Shown: positions 39,405 through 48,491, counted from the first letter of the stretch. The stretch: DNA of 64,000 bases from Acutalibacteraceae bacterium (GCA_045133355.1 JBGUUB010000087.1:11970-75969), one strand, 5' to 3'. Made by a program: numbers and translations. The notes: a model not told the origin generated them from the letters alone.

Positions 39405-39950
39405 CTATATAACGTCAAAAATTCCGTGTTTTATGCATAGTTTTCTGATAATTTTCTTGATTTTATTTTCGGCACCGGATATTGACCGTGAAACTGTGCT
39501 TTGACAAACGCCTTCCTCCTTTGCAATATCCTCTTCCTTTTTACCGTCAATATAGTGACTTAAGAATCTTCTTAATTGAATGTCTGAAAGTTCCTCCCGC
39601 GCTATGCGCAAAATGAGTTGAGCACTCATTATTTCCATCTTGAAAATATCTTCTTCACTTATCGACCGAACAAACTCCGTTTCTGCCGACTCGACCGATA
39701 CAAGCTGCGTTTCTTCTATATCGCTGATCGAAACATTCATACGAGTGATTTCGTTGGATTTTCTGTCTTCCTCCTTATAAAGCTCGTCCGACAGTGATTT
39801 CCAATAATCAAAGTCTGCTTCAGTCATATTTGGATTCTCCTGTAAAAACCCTTCCATGGTGATTTCGTAATTACCTTCTGCCCCTTTGTATACAATTCCT
39901 TTTCTGTACTTATTTATTGCATAGTGTTCTTTTGTGTAGTTTTTAGACAT
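39405..39950 (-). CDS. sigma-70 region-4-like helix-turn-helix protein
   Basis: C-terminus LSDIQLRRFLSHYIDGKKEEDIAKEEGVCQSTVSRSISGAENKIKK is a region-4 HTH. The ATG at 39950 lies 9 nt after AAGGAG. Confidence 0.7.
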   Translation of the reverse strand: MSKNYTKEHYAINKYRKGIVYKGAEGNYEITMEGFLQENPNMTEADFDYWKSLSDELYKEEDRKSNEITRMNVSISDIEETQLVSVESAETEFVRSISEEDIFKMEIMSAQLILRIAREELSDIQLRRFLSHYIDGKKEEDIAKEEGVCQSTVSRSISGAENKIKKIIRKLCIKHGIFDVI

Positions 39951-40072
39951 AATTGTAATCTCCTTAAAATTGAATTTTTGAATATGGTTCGAAATCAAAA
40001 ATTCGGAGATTACGGGTATCGTGCAACGGCTTCATTCCATTTCATTTGTTTGCTTCCTTTCCGGCAGCAGAC

Positions 40073-40135
40073 AAAAAAATAACCGGACATGAATTATAAC
40101 AAGACGCTTCTGTCTTGCTAAATCCACGTCCGGCC
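40073..40135 (-). terminator. compound hairpin plus U-run between the Com-like gene and the sigma-like gene
   Basis: On the minus strand: CCGGAC ... (inner CAAGAC agaagc GTCTTG) ... GTCCGG followed by TTATTTTTTTG. Confidence 0.5.
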
Positions 40136-40214
40136 ATTTGGTGACTCGATAGGCAATCCTACGGTCCCGTTGCTCGGTACTCTGGGTTATTATTTTGTTT
40201 TAACTGCTATATTC

Positions 40215-40391
40215 TTATTGTGCTTTTCTGTATTTGATAACTCTTCTTAGTGATAGATCTATCGTAACAATATTACTGCAATGAGGACATTTTATTTCAA
40301 TTGTTCCTGTAGCAGGAGTAAGTTTATCAAAAATCCTTTTCCTACAATTAGGACATATTTTTACTATTCGTATTTCATCTTTCGTTGTCAT
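40215..40391 (-). CDS. Com-like zinc-ribbon protein
   Basis: CPNC-x19-CPHC. Size and spacing resemble the phage Mu Com family. Overlaps the 3' end of the ImmA gene. ATG at 40391 after GGGAGA. Confidence 0.5.
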   Translation of the reverse strand: MTTKDEIRIVKICPNCRKRIFDKLTPATGTIEIKCPHCSNIVTIDLSLRRVIKYRKAQ

Positions 40392-41115
40392 GTTTTTCTC
40401 CCACAATTTCTATTATTCCGTCCGGATTATTCAAATAATTGTTATTTAGTAATCCGAGTTGTTTCATTCTGATTGCTAAAGCTTGCCTTGATACTCCCAA
40501 ATATTGAGCTAATCCGCTGAATTGCTCGTAGACTTTGTGAAAATAGATTTTGTTTAATACCTCTATCTTGTCCCCGAGTGAAAACCGGAACATCCCTTTT
40601 TCAACCAATTCCCTTGGTAGCAGAATTGCTGATGCCAAAGCATTAGCTTGCCACTCTTCCCAGTCGGTAATTGTTTTTTTATGCTCGTTATTGACTTTGT
40701 TAAAATGAACAGGTGATCGTTCTCTTGACGGTATTCCGTAATCATTCGGAAAAAGCATTTTATATATTTGGTGAGACGCTTCGTGCATAAGACTGAAATT
40801 ATATCTTCCGACTTTTGTTATGTCATCTTTCAAAGATTTTTCGACTAAAATTGTTTTCCCATCAAGAAAGTATATAAAAGGTTCGTCTGCTTCATCATAT
40901 ACTTCAACTCCCATTTCACGAAATGTAGTGAGACCAAGAGTATCACCGGAAAGCGATAAATGTTCTATCCCTATGTTTAATCCCAATACTTCCAAAATCA
41001 GTTTTTCAGGTTCAACCCGGTAGCATTCGCTGTTTTTGATGTCCGGTAACGCTTTATAAGCCTTGAATACTCTATTTGCAATGATTTCTATATTATCTCG
41101 TGATAAACGCTTCAT
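40375..41115 (-). CDS. ImmA/IrrE-family metallopeptidase with a C-terminal HTH-like segment
   Basis: HEXXH (LMHEASHQ), downstream EWQANALASAILLP, C-terminal LAQYLGVSRQALAIRMKQLGLL. Confidence 0.82.
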   Translation of the reverse strand: MKRLSRDNIEIIANRVFKAYKALPDIKNSECYRVEPEKLILEVLGLNIGIEHLSLSGDTLGLTTFREMGVEVYDEADEPFIYFLDGKTILVEKSLKDDITKVGRYNFSLMHEASHQIYKMLFPNDYGIPSRERSPVHFNKVNNEHKKTITDWEEWQANALASAILLPRELVEKGMFRFSLGDKIEVLNKIYFHKVYEQFSGLAQYLGVSRQALAIRMKQLGLLNNNYLNNPDGIIEIVGEKHDNER

Positions 41116-41226
41116 TCAATTCCTCCTGTTCCTATTATTGATTCTTCGCTTCAAAAAACCAAAGTCCTTAATCCTCCCATAATTGAGCCCCTTTCCAATT
41201 CGATAACTTGTAAATTCGTTATTACG

Positions 41227-41255
41227 ATTATAACAGAACATTTGTTCTTTGTCAA
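41227..41255 (-). promoter_or_regulatory. consensus promoter TTGACA-17-TATAAT with a GAAC-N4-GTTC (LexA/Cheo-type) palindrome in the spacer
   Basis: On the minus strand, -35 at 41250-41255, -10 at 41227-41232. AGAACAAATGTTCT occupies 41235-41248. Confidence 0.55.
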
Positions 41256-41270
41256 TTCTTTTTGTAAATG

Positions 41271-41306
41271 CAAAAAATGAGTTGGGCGTTTTTTTACCCA
41301 ACTCAT
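41271..41306 (-). terminator. rho-independent terminator ending the polysaccharide operon
   Basis: ATGAGTTGGG / CCCAACTCAT stem followed on the minus strand by TTTTTG. Confidence 0.65.
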
Positions 41307-41452
41307 TCATATGCTTTTCCTTTTGCTTTCTATTTTAATGCACTTTCAAGCATCTCACGATATTTCAACCCTACCGAATCCGGTAAGGAATCGGGAGAGA
41401 ATATTGATTTCTTTCATTCAATCTACCTATTATGTAGGAAATAAGCAAGTAC

Positions 41453-42634
41453 TCATTTCCTCCACACCATTTTATTTACAACCCCTGTGTAGGATTGGAT
41501 TATTTTTACCACCTTGGTGCTGACATTTTCCTCAACATAATCGGGTACCGGTATGCCAAAGTCACCGTTTTTATTCATTTCAACAGCGGTTTCGACCGAC
41601 TGTAAAAGTCCCTTTTCGTCAATGCCCGACAATATAAAGCAGGCCTTGTCCAGCGCCTCGGGGCGTTCGGTAGAGGTGCGTATGCAAACCGCAGGAAACG
41701 GCTTTCCTATGCTTGTAAAGTATGAGCTTTCCTCCGGCAGAGTTCCGCTGTCGGACACTACGCAAAAGGCGTTCATCTGCAGGCAGTTGTAATCGTGAAA
41801 GCCGAGCGGTTCGTGGCGAATAACCCTTTTATCAAGCTTAAAGCCGCTTTGCTCCAGTCTTTTTTTAGAGCGCGGATGGCAGGAATAAAGTATCGGCATA
41901 TTGTACTTTTCTGCCATTTTGTTTATTGCGGTAAAGAGTGATAAAAAGTTTTTCTCGGTATCTATGTTTTCCTCTCTATGAGCGGAAAGCAGAATGTATT
42001 TGCCCTTTTGCAAGCCTAATTTTTCGTGAATATCGCTTGCCTCTATCTCAGCAAGGTTTTGGTGTAATACCTCTGCCATAGGCGACCCTGTAACATAGGT
42101 GCGCTCCTTTGGCAGTCCGCACTCGGCAAGATAACGGCGAGCGTGTTCGGAGTATGCCATATTAACGTCCGAAATAATATCAACTATACGGCGGTTGGTT
42201 TCTTCGGGCAGACACTCATCCTTACAGCGGTTGCCCGCTTCCATATGAAAAATCGGGATATGCAGTCGCTTTGCCGCTATTGCAGAAAGACAAGAGTTGG
42301 TGTCTCCCAAAATAAGCAGAGCGTCGGGCTTAATTTGGCTCATTAGCTTATACGAACAATTAATAATATTACCAACGGTAGCCCCCAAATCGTCGCCGAC
42401 AGCGTCCATATATACTTCGGGGTTCTCTAATTTCAAGTCTTTAAAGAATACACCGTTTAGGTTATAGTCATAGTTTTGCCCCGTATGCGCTAATATCACA
42501 TCAAAATACTGCCTTGTTTTGTTAATAACTGCCGCAAGGCGTATAATTTCGGGACGGGTGCCTACTATTATTAACAGCTTTAATTTGCCGTTGTCCTTAA
42601 ATTTTATATCGCTGTAATCGGTTTTAATTTCCAT
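41453..42634 (-). CDS. fnlC: non-hydrolysing UDP-HexNAc 2-epimerase, CapG/FnlC type
   Basis: LLIIVGTRPEIIRLAAVINK...HTGQNYDYNLNGVFFKDL matches the CapG/FnlC N-terminus as I recall it. Follows the capF-like gene. Confidence 0.85.
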   Translation of the reverse strand: MEIKTDYSDIKFKDNGKLKLLIIVGTRPEIIRLAAVINKTRQYFDVILAHTGQNYDYNLNGVFFKDLKLENPEVYMDAVGDDLGATVGNIINCSYKLMSQIKPDALLILGDTNSCLSAIAAKRLHIPIFHMEAGNRCKDECLPEETNRRIVDIISDVNMAYSEHARRYLAECGLPKERTYVTGSPMAEVLHQNLAEIEASDIHEKLGLQKGKYILLSAHREENIDTEKNFLSLFTAINKMAEKYNMPILYSCHPRSKKRLEQSGFKLDKRVIRHEPLGFHDYNCLQMNAFCVVSDSGTLPEESSYFTSIGKPFPAVCIRTSTERPEALDKACFILSGIDEKGLLQSVETAVEMNKNGDFGIPVPDYVEENVSTKVVKIIQSYTGVVNKMVWRK

Positions 42635-42636
42635 TG

Positions 42637-43833
42637 TTACACTTCCTCATAAAATGTATCGGGTTTATTCGGGTCAAACTGCTCATTCGCCCACATAACC
42701 GTCACTAACTTTTCGGTTTCGGATAGATTTATAATATTGTGGGTATAACCCGGGAGCATATGTATCGCCTCTATTTTGTCACCGCTGACCTCAAAGCGCA
42801 GTACCTCGTCGCTCCCGATTTTGCGCTCTTCTATCAGTCCGTGACCCGAAACGACTATAAAAAACTCCCACTTTGAGTTATGCCAATGCTGACCCTTTGT
42901 GATACCCGGTTTTGAGATATTTACCGAAAACTGACCGCAGTTTTGGGTTTTTAAAAGCTCGGTAAACGAACCTCTGTTGTCCACATTCATTTTAAACGGA
43001 AAGGCTACCTTTTCTTTTGGCAGATAGGAAAGATAGGTTGAATAAAGTTTTTTCGCAAAGGAATTTTCGGGTATTTCGGGCATTAAGAGGGTTTCGGGCT
43101 GTGCTTTAAAGTTTTCTAATAAATCCGCGATTTCGCCGAGGGTCACTTTGTGGGTAACAGGTGCGGCGCAGTATTTGCCATTTTCTTTTAATACTGTCTT
43201 TACACCTTCAAACTCGCAATGATGTTCTTTTCCCTCCAAAGCGTCAAGCATTTCGGTTACTAAATCATCTATATATAAAAGCTCAAGCTCAGTATTTCTG
43301 TCATTTACCGTAATCGGCAAATCGTTTGCAGTATTGTAGCAAAAGGTCGCAACCGCGCTGTTGTAATTAGGTCTGCACCACTTGCCGAAAAGGTTGGGAA
43401 AGCGGTAAACAAGCACCTTGGTTCCTGTTTCGGCGGCGTAATTAAAAAACAGTTCCTCCCCCACTTTTTTGCTTCTGCCGTAGTCGCTGTCATACCTGCC
43501 GATAAGGGTCGCCTGAATAGAGCTTGCAAGCATTACAGGGCATTTATTGTTGTACCTTTTAAGGGTGTCAAGCAATTCTTCCGCAAAGCCGAAATTACCC
43601 TTAATAAATTCGGAACTATCCTTAGGTCGGTTCACACCCGCAAGGTTAAAGACGAAATCCGCCTTTTCACAGGCAGTCTCCAATTCCTTTTTAGAGGAAT
43701 CAATATCGTAGAGATAAATTTCTTCTATTTTTAAATCAGGTCTTGTTCTGTCCTTTCCGTCCCGTATATTTTTAAGCGCTTCGGTAAGGTTTTTTCCTAC
43801 AAAGCCCTTTGCGCCGGTTATCAATACATTCAT
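42637..43833 (-). CDS. fnlB: CapF/FnlB-type bifunctional SDR-cupin reductase/epimerase
   Basis: ITGAKGFVGKNL, FPNLFGKWCRPNYNSAVATFCY, and a C-terminal cupin (NISKPGITKGQHWHNSKWE...MWANEQFDPNKPDT). Close to S. aureus CapF as I recall it. Confidence 0.85.
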   Translation of the reverse strand: MNVLITGAKGFVGKNLTEALKNIRDGKDRTRPDLKIEEIYLYDIDSSKKELETACEKADFVFNLAGVNRPKDSSEFIKGNFGFAEELLDTLKRYNNKCPVMLASSIQATLIGRYDSDYGRSKKVGEELFFNYAAETGTKVLVYRFPNLFGKWCRPNYNSAVATFCYNTANDLPITVNDRNTELELLYIDDLVTEMLDALEGKEHHCEFEGVKTVLKENGKYCAAPVTHKVTLGEIADLLENFKAQPETLLMPEIPENSFAKKLYSTYLSYLPKEKVAFPFKMNVDNRGSFTELLKTQNCGQFSVNISKPGITKGQHWHNSKWEFFIVVSGHGLIEERKIGSDEVLRFEVSGDKIEAIHMLPGYTHNIINLSETEKLVTVMWANEQFDPNKPDTFYEEV

Positions 43834-43838
43834 TATAA

Positions 43839-45050
43839 TCACTTTCCATTGTTATCTGTTTCAAATAGATGAAGTCTGTCATATACACTTTTGCGCTTAT
43901 TAGCTTCAGGAACAAGCTTAGCTAGTGATAATCTTTCGCCTTTCGCTGTTTTCACAAGATAGAGTATCGCGCGGTAGCAATCAAGGAACGGATATAACAG
44001 CTGACATTTTTTAACTATGGGAAACATTGTCGGTGTTGAGTGATGTAGCGTCCAGAACAAATTTGAAAGCTTACCGCGGCTTGTGCCACTTTTACCATGT
44101 TCGGAAATCATCATACCGCTTTTGGCTCTGGCACTGTCCTTTCTGCCGAAGTTTCCGCCTGTCAAAACATCGTTCATAACATCGTGGCAAAGTTCTTCGT
44201 CCGCACCTTCCGCCCATTTAGGACAATTTATATGGAAATACATTGCAGAAATTTTAGAAACGACCTTGGCATATGTTAAAATGCCGATTTTTTCGAATAA
44301 ATCAAGTAACTCATTCCAAAAAAGCTTATCTTCCGTTTTTTGAAGATAGCACGCCCAGTCGCATATATGTCGAAGTCCCAGACCCTCTCCTAACATATGA
44401 TGCTGCATATGCAAAAGGATTATCAGTCCATGATAAATATCCTCCGGTGCAGGAAAACTCCAACCGTCAAATTCGGCGGTTACGGAGTGTCTAACAGCAT
44501 AGGTCATAAAATCTCTTACAATCTCCCCTGCCTTGCCGTAAGGAATACCCGCGATTTCAAAGTGCATTTCAAGATGTGCATTACCCTTTTTGAAAACCAC
44601 ATGGCAGATGTGATCTCTGTCCCAATTTTTATACCCATTTTTGCTTAGCAGTTCTTCAATTTCTTCTCTGTGTGACGGGTCAATCAAAAAATCTATATCG
44701 CCGAGGCTTCTAAGCTTTGGGTTGGGGTAATATGAAGCCGCCGCCATTCCTTTTAAAATAAGAAAAGGGCGGTCTCTCATAATATTATTCAGCAGTTGTT
44801 CTTCAAATGCGGTACGGACATTTAGTGTATGAGTGGCGGCGGCAATATTTTCCCATTCGGAGTAATTCGAAATATATTTGCGGTACTTAACCGCAGTCTC
44901 CACTATCATTAAAGGCACAGCCTGAGCTTTTGCCTCTTTAAGCACCTCTGCCCAATCTGCGGTTTTTAGCTCTGCTTCGCAAAGCTCAGATTTCCCGCTT
45001 ATTTCCCCTGCTAAAAGCTCTATTAATACTCTCTGTTCAAGAGTCGGCAT
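43839..45050 (-). CDS. uncharacterised nucleotidyltransferase-family protein (PF14907-like)
   Basis: 403 aa. The LRSLGDIDFLIDP motif is typical of that family. Wedged between the capE-like and capF-like genes. Confidence 0.6.
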   Translation of the reverse strand: MPTLEQRVLIELLAGEISGKSELCEAELKTADWAEVLKEAKAQAVPLMIVETAVKYRKYISNYSEWENIAAATHTLNVRTAFEEQLLNNIMRDRPFLILKGMAAASYYPNPKLRSLGDIDFLIDPSHREEIEELLSKNGYKNWDRDHICHVVFKKGNAHLEMHFEIAGIPYGKAGEIVRDFMTYAVRHSVTAEFDGWSFPAPEDIYHGLIILLHMQHHMLGEGLGLRHICDWACYLQKTEDKLFWNELLDLFEKIGILTYAKVVSKISAMYFHINCPKWAEGADEELCHDVMNDVLTGGNFGRKDSARAKSGMMISEHGKSGTSRGKLSNLFWTLHHSTPTMFPIVKKCQLLYPFLDCYRAILYLVKTAKGERLSLAKLVPEANKRKSVYDRLHLFETDNNGK

Positions 45051-45063
45051 AATTAATACTTCC

Positions 45064-46107
45064 TCAGCTTTCCTTTTGTTTATTTAATTCGTCTCGAATA
45101 TATTGCAAGGACAAAAGCTTTTCTTTTACCTGCTCAACATTCAATAGCTCGGTGTTTTTAGAATCAAATTCCGTAAGCGGATTACGGTTTTCATCGCCCT
45201 TATTAAAATATTTATCATAATTAAGTCCGCGCTTGTCCGCTGGGACGCGGTAAAAATTACCCATATCAACCGCATTCGCACATTCTTCATTAGTAAGCAG
45301 GGTTTCATACATCTTTTCGCCGTGACGAATGCCAATCGTTTTAATGCTGTTTTTATCGCCGCCGAACAGCTCGCAGACCGCCTCCGCCTGTGTTCTTATA
45401 GTGCAGGCGGGAGCTTTTTGAACAAGTATATCTCCGCTCTCGCCGTGTTCAAAGGCAAAGAGTACAAGGTCAACCGCCTCGTCAAGGGACATAATAAAAC
45501 GGGTCATAGAGCCGTCGGTAACAGTAATCGGCTTACCGCTTCTTATCTGCTCTATCCACAGCGGAATAACGCTTCCTCTTGAACACATTACATTTCCGTA
45601 ACGGGTACAGCAAATTTTTGTTTTATCCGTAGTACGGGATTTTGCAACTATAACCTTTTCCATCATTGCCTTTGATGTACCCATCGCATTGACGGGATAA
45701 GCCGCCTTATCCGTAGAAAGGCAGATTACGGTTTCAACCCCCTCATCAATAGCGGCGGTAAGCACATTTTCGGTACCTAATACATTAGTTTTAACCGCCT
45801 CAATCGGGAAAAACTCGCAGGATGGGACCTGCTTTAAAGCCGCTGCGTGGAATATGTAATCCACCCCGTGCATAGCGTTTTTAACGCTTGCCAGGTCGCG
45901 GACATCTCCAATGTAGAATTTTATCTTCTCAGCAACCTCAGGCATCTTAGCCTGGAACTCGTGACGCATATCGTCCTGCTTTTTTTCATCACGGGAAAAT
46001 ATTCGTATCTCGCCTATATCGGTCTTAAGAAACCGGTTTAAGACGGCGTTTCCGAAACTGCCAGTTCCGCCAGTGATCATTAAGGTTTTGTTTTTGAATA
46101 AAGACAT
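45064..46107 (-). CDS. fnlA: UDP-GlcNAc 4,6-dehydratase/5-epimerase, CapE/FnlA type
   Basis: ITGGTGSFGNAVLNRFLKTDIGEIRIFSRDEKKQDDMRHEF is near-identical in pattern to CapE/FnlA/WbjB. Confidence 0.9.
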   Translation of the reverse strand: MSLFKNKTLMITGGTGSFGNAVLNRFLKTDIGEIRIFSRDEKKQDDMRHEFQAKMPEVAEKIKFYIGDVRDLASVKNAMHGVDYIFHAAALKQVPSCEFFPIEAVKTNVLGTENVLTAAIDEGVETVICLSTDKAAYPVNAMGTSKAMMEKVIVAKSRTTDKTKICCTRYGNVMCSRGSVIPLWIEQIRSGKPITVTDGSMTRFIMSLDEAVDLVLFAFEHGESGDILVQKAPACTIRTQAEAVCELFGGDKNSIKTIGIRHGEKMYETLLTNEECANAVDMGNFYRVPADKRGLNYDKYFNKGDENRNPLTEFDSKNTELLNVEQVKEKLLSLQYIRDELNKQKES

Positions 46108-46125
46108 AATGGTTACCTCATTATC

Positions 46126-46971
46126 CTAACTAATGTATTCCTTATAGGATTTTTTGAAATCAATTATTTCGATATTATGCACTGTAATCTGTTTTTCTTC
46201 AGGTGGTAAGGACATATAATCACCATAGATGTGACTTAAATACTGATCATATTTTATAGGTGCGTTCAATTCCATATTTTCAAAAATCACCTTGCATCCA
46301 ACACCAAACCATTCTTCAGGTATTTCTTCTTTTCCTGGATAAGCACCGCATTTATTGACCAGTATATTGCTTTTAGGACTGGACGCATAAATTCTATCTA
46401 TCCTCTTAACAGCATCTTGCAAATTAGGAAATCTAATTCTAAGTAATTTTAAGAATACATTTCTAAGCGCTTTCTTTATAAGAGATCGCTCACGTTTATC
46501 TTCAAAAAATTGTTCCTCCCCAATCCTCATATTTATTAAGGAAATGCTAAAGGCTTGTGCTTTTCTTTTAAAATTGTCCTGCTCATAATAATCTAAAGGG
46601 AAAATATCTATCCATACGCCTTGGTTCATTTTACTGTACTTGCTTCTCTTTTCAATGTAAGTAGTATTCGAATTTCTCAATTTTGAAAAAGGAAAAATCA
46701 TATAACTATCTGTTCTATAATTCTGTAAGAAAAAGGGATCGCTGAATAACTCACCAGCTTTTTCAACAAAAATTTCGTAATCATGCCGTGGCATCCCTAT
46801 ATCAATATCATCATCCCAAGGAATAAACCCTTGATGCCGTATTGCACCGAGCAATGTTCCTCCAATTAAATAGTACTGTAGATTCAGTTTTTCACATATT
46901 TTGACGAATTCTCTCAGCATATCAACCTCTATCTTTTTTATCTCAGCCATTTGTATTTCATTAAGTATCAT
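46126..46971 (-). CDS. LicD-family phosphotransferase (copy 1)
   Basis: GGTLLGAIRHQGFIPWDDDIDIGMPR motif. Confidence 0.85.
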   Translation of the reverse strand: MILNEIQMAEIKKIEVDMLREFVKICEKLNLQYYLIGGTLLGAIRHQGFIPWDDDIDIGMPRHDYEIFVEKAGELFSDPFFLQNYRTDSYMIFPFSKLRNSNTTYIEKRSKYSKMNQGVWIDIFPLDYYEQDNFKRKAQAFSISLINMRIGEEQFFEDKRERSLIKKALRNVFLKLLRIRFPNLQDAVKRIDRIYASSPKSNILVNKCGAYPGKEEIPEEWFGVGCKVIFENMELNAPIKYDQYLSHIYGDYMSLPPEEKQITVHNIEIIDFKKSYKEYIS

Positions 46972-46985
46972 CGTTGCACCTTCTT

Positions 46986-48491
46986 CTACCTTTTATATTG
47001 AATGAATTGCTTTCTTAAATTGCTTCTCTCATCGTTAGTTAACCCAAAGATAAAAACGAATATCATATAGATCACACATATTGCTATACCGAAAACAACC
47101 AAACTCAGCCATGACCAATTTATTATATATCTCCGAATGAATAAGCAAATTATGATAGAAATAATAATCGGTACACTCATCTTTAAATAGCAGGCTTTCA
47201 TAAATGCGCCAATATTTATATTCATCTTCGTGTAATGAAGCCAATTCATTAACACCGCTCTTACCATATACGCAATAAATATTGAGGTGCAAGCTCCTAT
47301 AATGCCAAATTTTTTCGACAACACTACAGAAAAAACCACATTGATTACGCCGGAAATAATCGCAACTATCGCCGATAAACGTATCTTATTTCGTACTGCT
47401 ATAGCTGTGTTCGCTATTTGGAGAGAATTATAAAACAAGCCAGGAACAATTACTAAAATAATGCCATAATAAGCCTCGATATAATCTGGACCCATCCATA
47501 AATTTATGAATTGTTTTCCAATTATAATAAACGCAACAATAATCAAACCATTCAATCCGAATTGAAACCGCCCAACCTTGATCATAAGTGGTAAAAGTTT
47601 CTCTTCATGACTATCGGCATATATTTTCGATATGCGAGGCATAAACATTCCGTTTATCGCGCTTGTAATCAAATACACATATCCTTCTATTGTCGTAACA
47701 ATGCCGAATATTGCTATGGACGAAGTATTGGAGACTGCCCCTAAAATTGAAGGTGTGATATTAAATATTAATCTATTAGCCAATGCAGACACGGTCGTCC
47801 ATAAAGAGAACATAAATATGCGCTTGTATTCCCCTTTTTCCGCATGACGAAAATCAACACGGACATCTGTTGTCATATTTATAATGATCAATTTATAAAT
47901 TATGATCACAATGCTTGCTATACCATTTACTGTAACAACAGCATATAACCCCATCCCAACATATAAGGCGCCGGACATCAGAATCAATAGCAAAAATCTG
48001 TATAATAAATCAGAAGCTTTAAGCTGAACAAATTTTTCATATGCATTTAATACACCATTAAGTGTCACAAAAGGAAAGGTTAGTATACTGGTTGATGCTA
48101 CAATTACATAAACAACTTTAAATTTTTCTAACTCTGATGGTGATAAAGTAACATAAATTGTATCGATCAGAAAAAAAATCACGATGAAAATCGTCAAAAT
48201 GACCATATCAACTGCTAAATACAATTTATATACAATTCCAAGAAAAATATTAACCTTGTCTTCTCTACCCTCAGCGTGGTATTGTGAAACAAATTTAGAT
48301 GCCGCCGCACTCAACCCAAAATCCACAGTAAATAATGTGATTAGAGAACTGGCAAGAGTGTATAGAGCATATTGATTCTGACCGATTGTTTTTATCAGCC
48401 AAGGAGTAAATAAGAAGCCATATAGTACATTCACGGCAATACTCACATAGGAAATCACGGCTCCTATTTTTATCTGCTTTGAATTATCCAT
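46986..48491 (-). CDS. wzx: oligosaccharide flippase (Wzx, MOP superfamily)
   Basis: About 500 aa with 12-14 predicted helices; position and size typical of Wzx. Confidence 0.8.
   Translation of the reverse strand: MDNSKQIKIGAVISYVSIAVNVLYGFLFTPWLIKTIGQNQYALYTLASSLITLFTVDFGLSAAASKFVSQYHAEGREDKVNIFLGIVYKLYLAVDMVILTIFIVIFFLIDTIYVTLSPSELEKFKVVYVIVASTSILTFPFVTLNGVLNAYEKFVQLKASDLLYRFLLLILMSGALYVGMGLYAVVTVNGIASIVIIIYKLIIINMTTDVRVDFRHAEKGEYKRIFMFSLWTTVSALANRLIFNITPSILGAVSNTSSIAIFGIVTTIEGYVYLITSAINGMFMPRISKIYADSHEEKLLPLMIKVGRFQFGLNGLIIVAFIIIGKQFINLWMGPDYIEAYYGIILVIVPGLFYNSLQIANTAIAVRNKIRLSAIVAIISGVINVVFSVVLSKKFGIIGACTSIFIAYMVRAVLMNWLHYTKMNINIGAFMKACYLKMSVPIIISIIICLFIRRYIINWSWLSLVVFGIAICVIYMIFVFIFGLTNDERSNLRKQFIQYKR

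Larger units (their letters stand above)
36424..41255 (-). mobile_element. integrative-element-like module (promoter, ImmA, Com-like, sigma-like, Cys-rich peptide, Xis, two integrases); boundaries undefined
   Basis: Gene content and order resemble the regulation/recombination end of Tn916-type or ICE-type elements. No flanking direct repeats could be identified by eye. Confidence 0.55.

Noticed and set aside
41116-41310. 64-aa minus-strand ORF upstream of the ImmA gene
   Set aside because: It spans a strong terminator hairpin and the consensus promoter/LexA-type box. It is more parsimoniously non-coding leader and regulatory DNA.
36424-41310. Prophage or PICI-type satellite
   Set aside because: No capsid, terminase, primase/replication or packaging genes are present. 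Only recombination and regulatory genes are seen.
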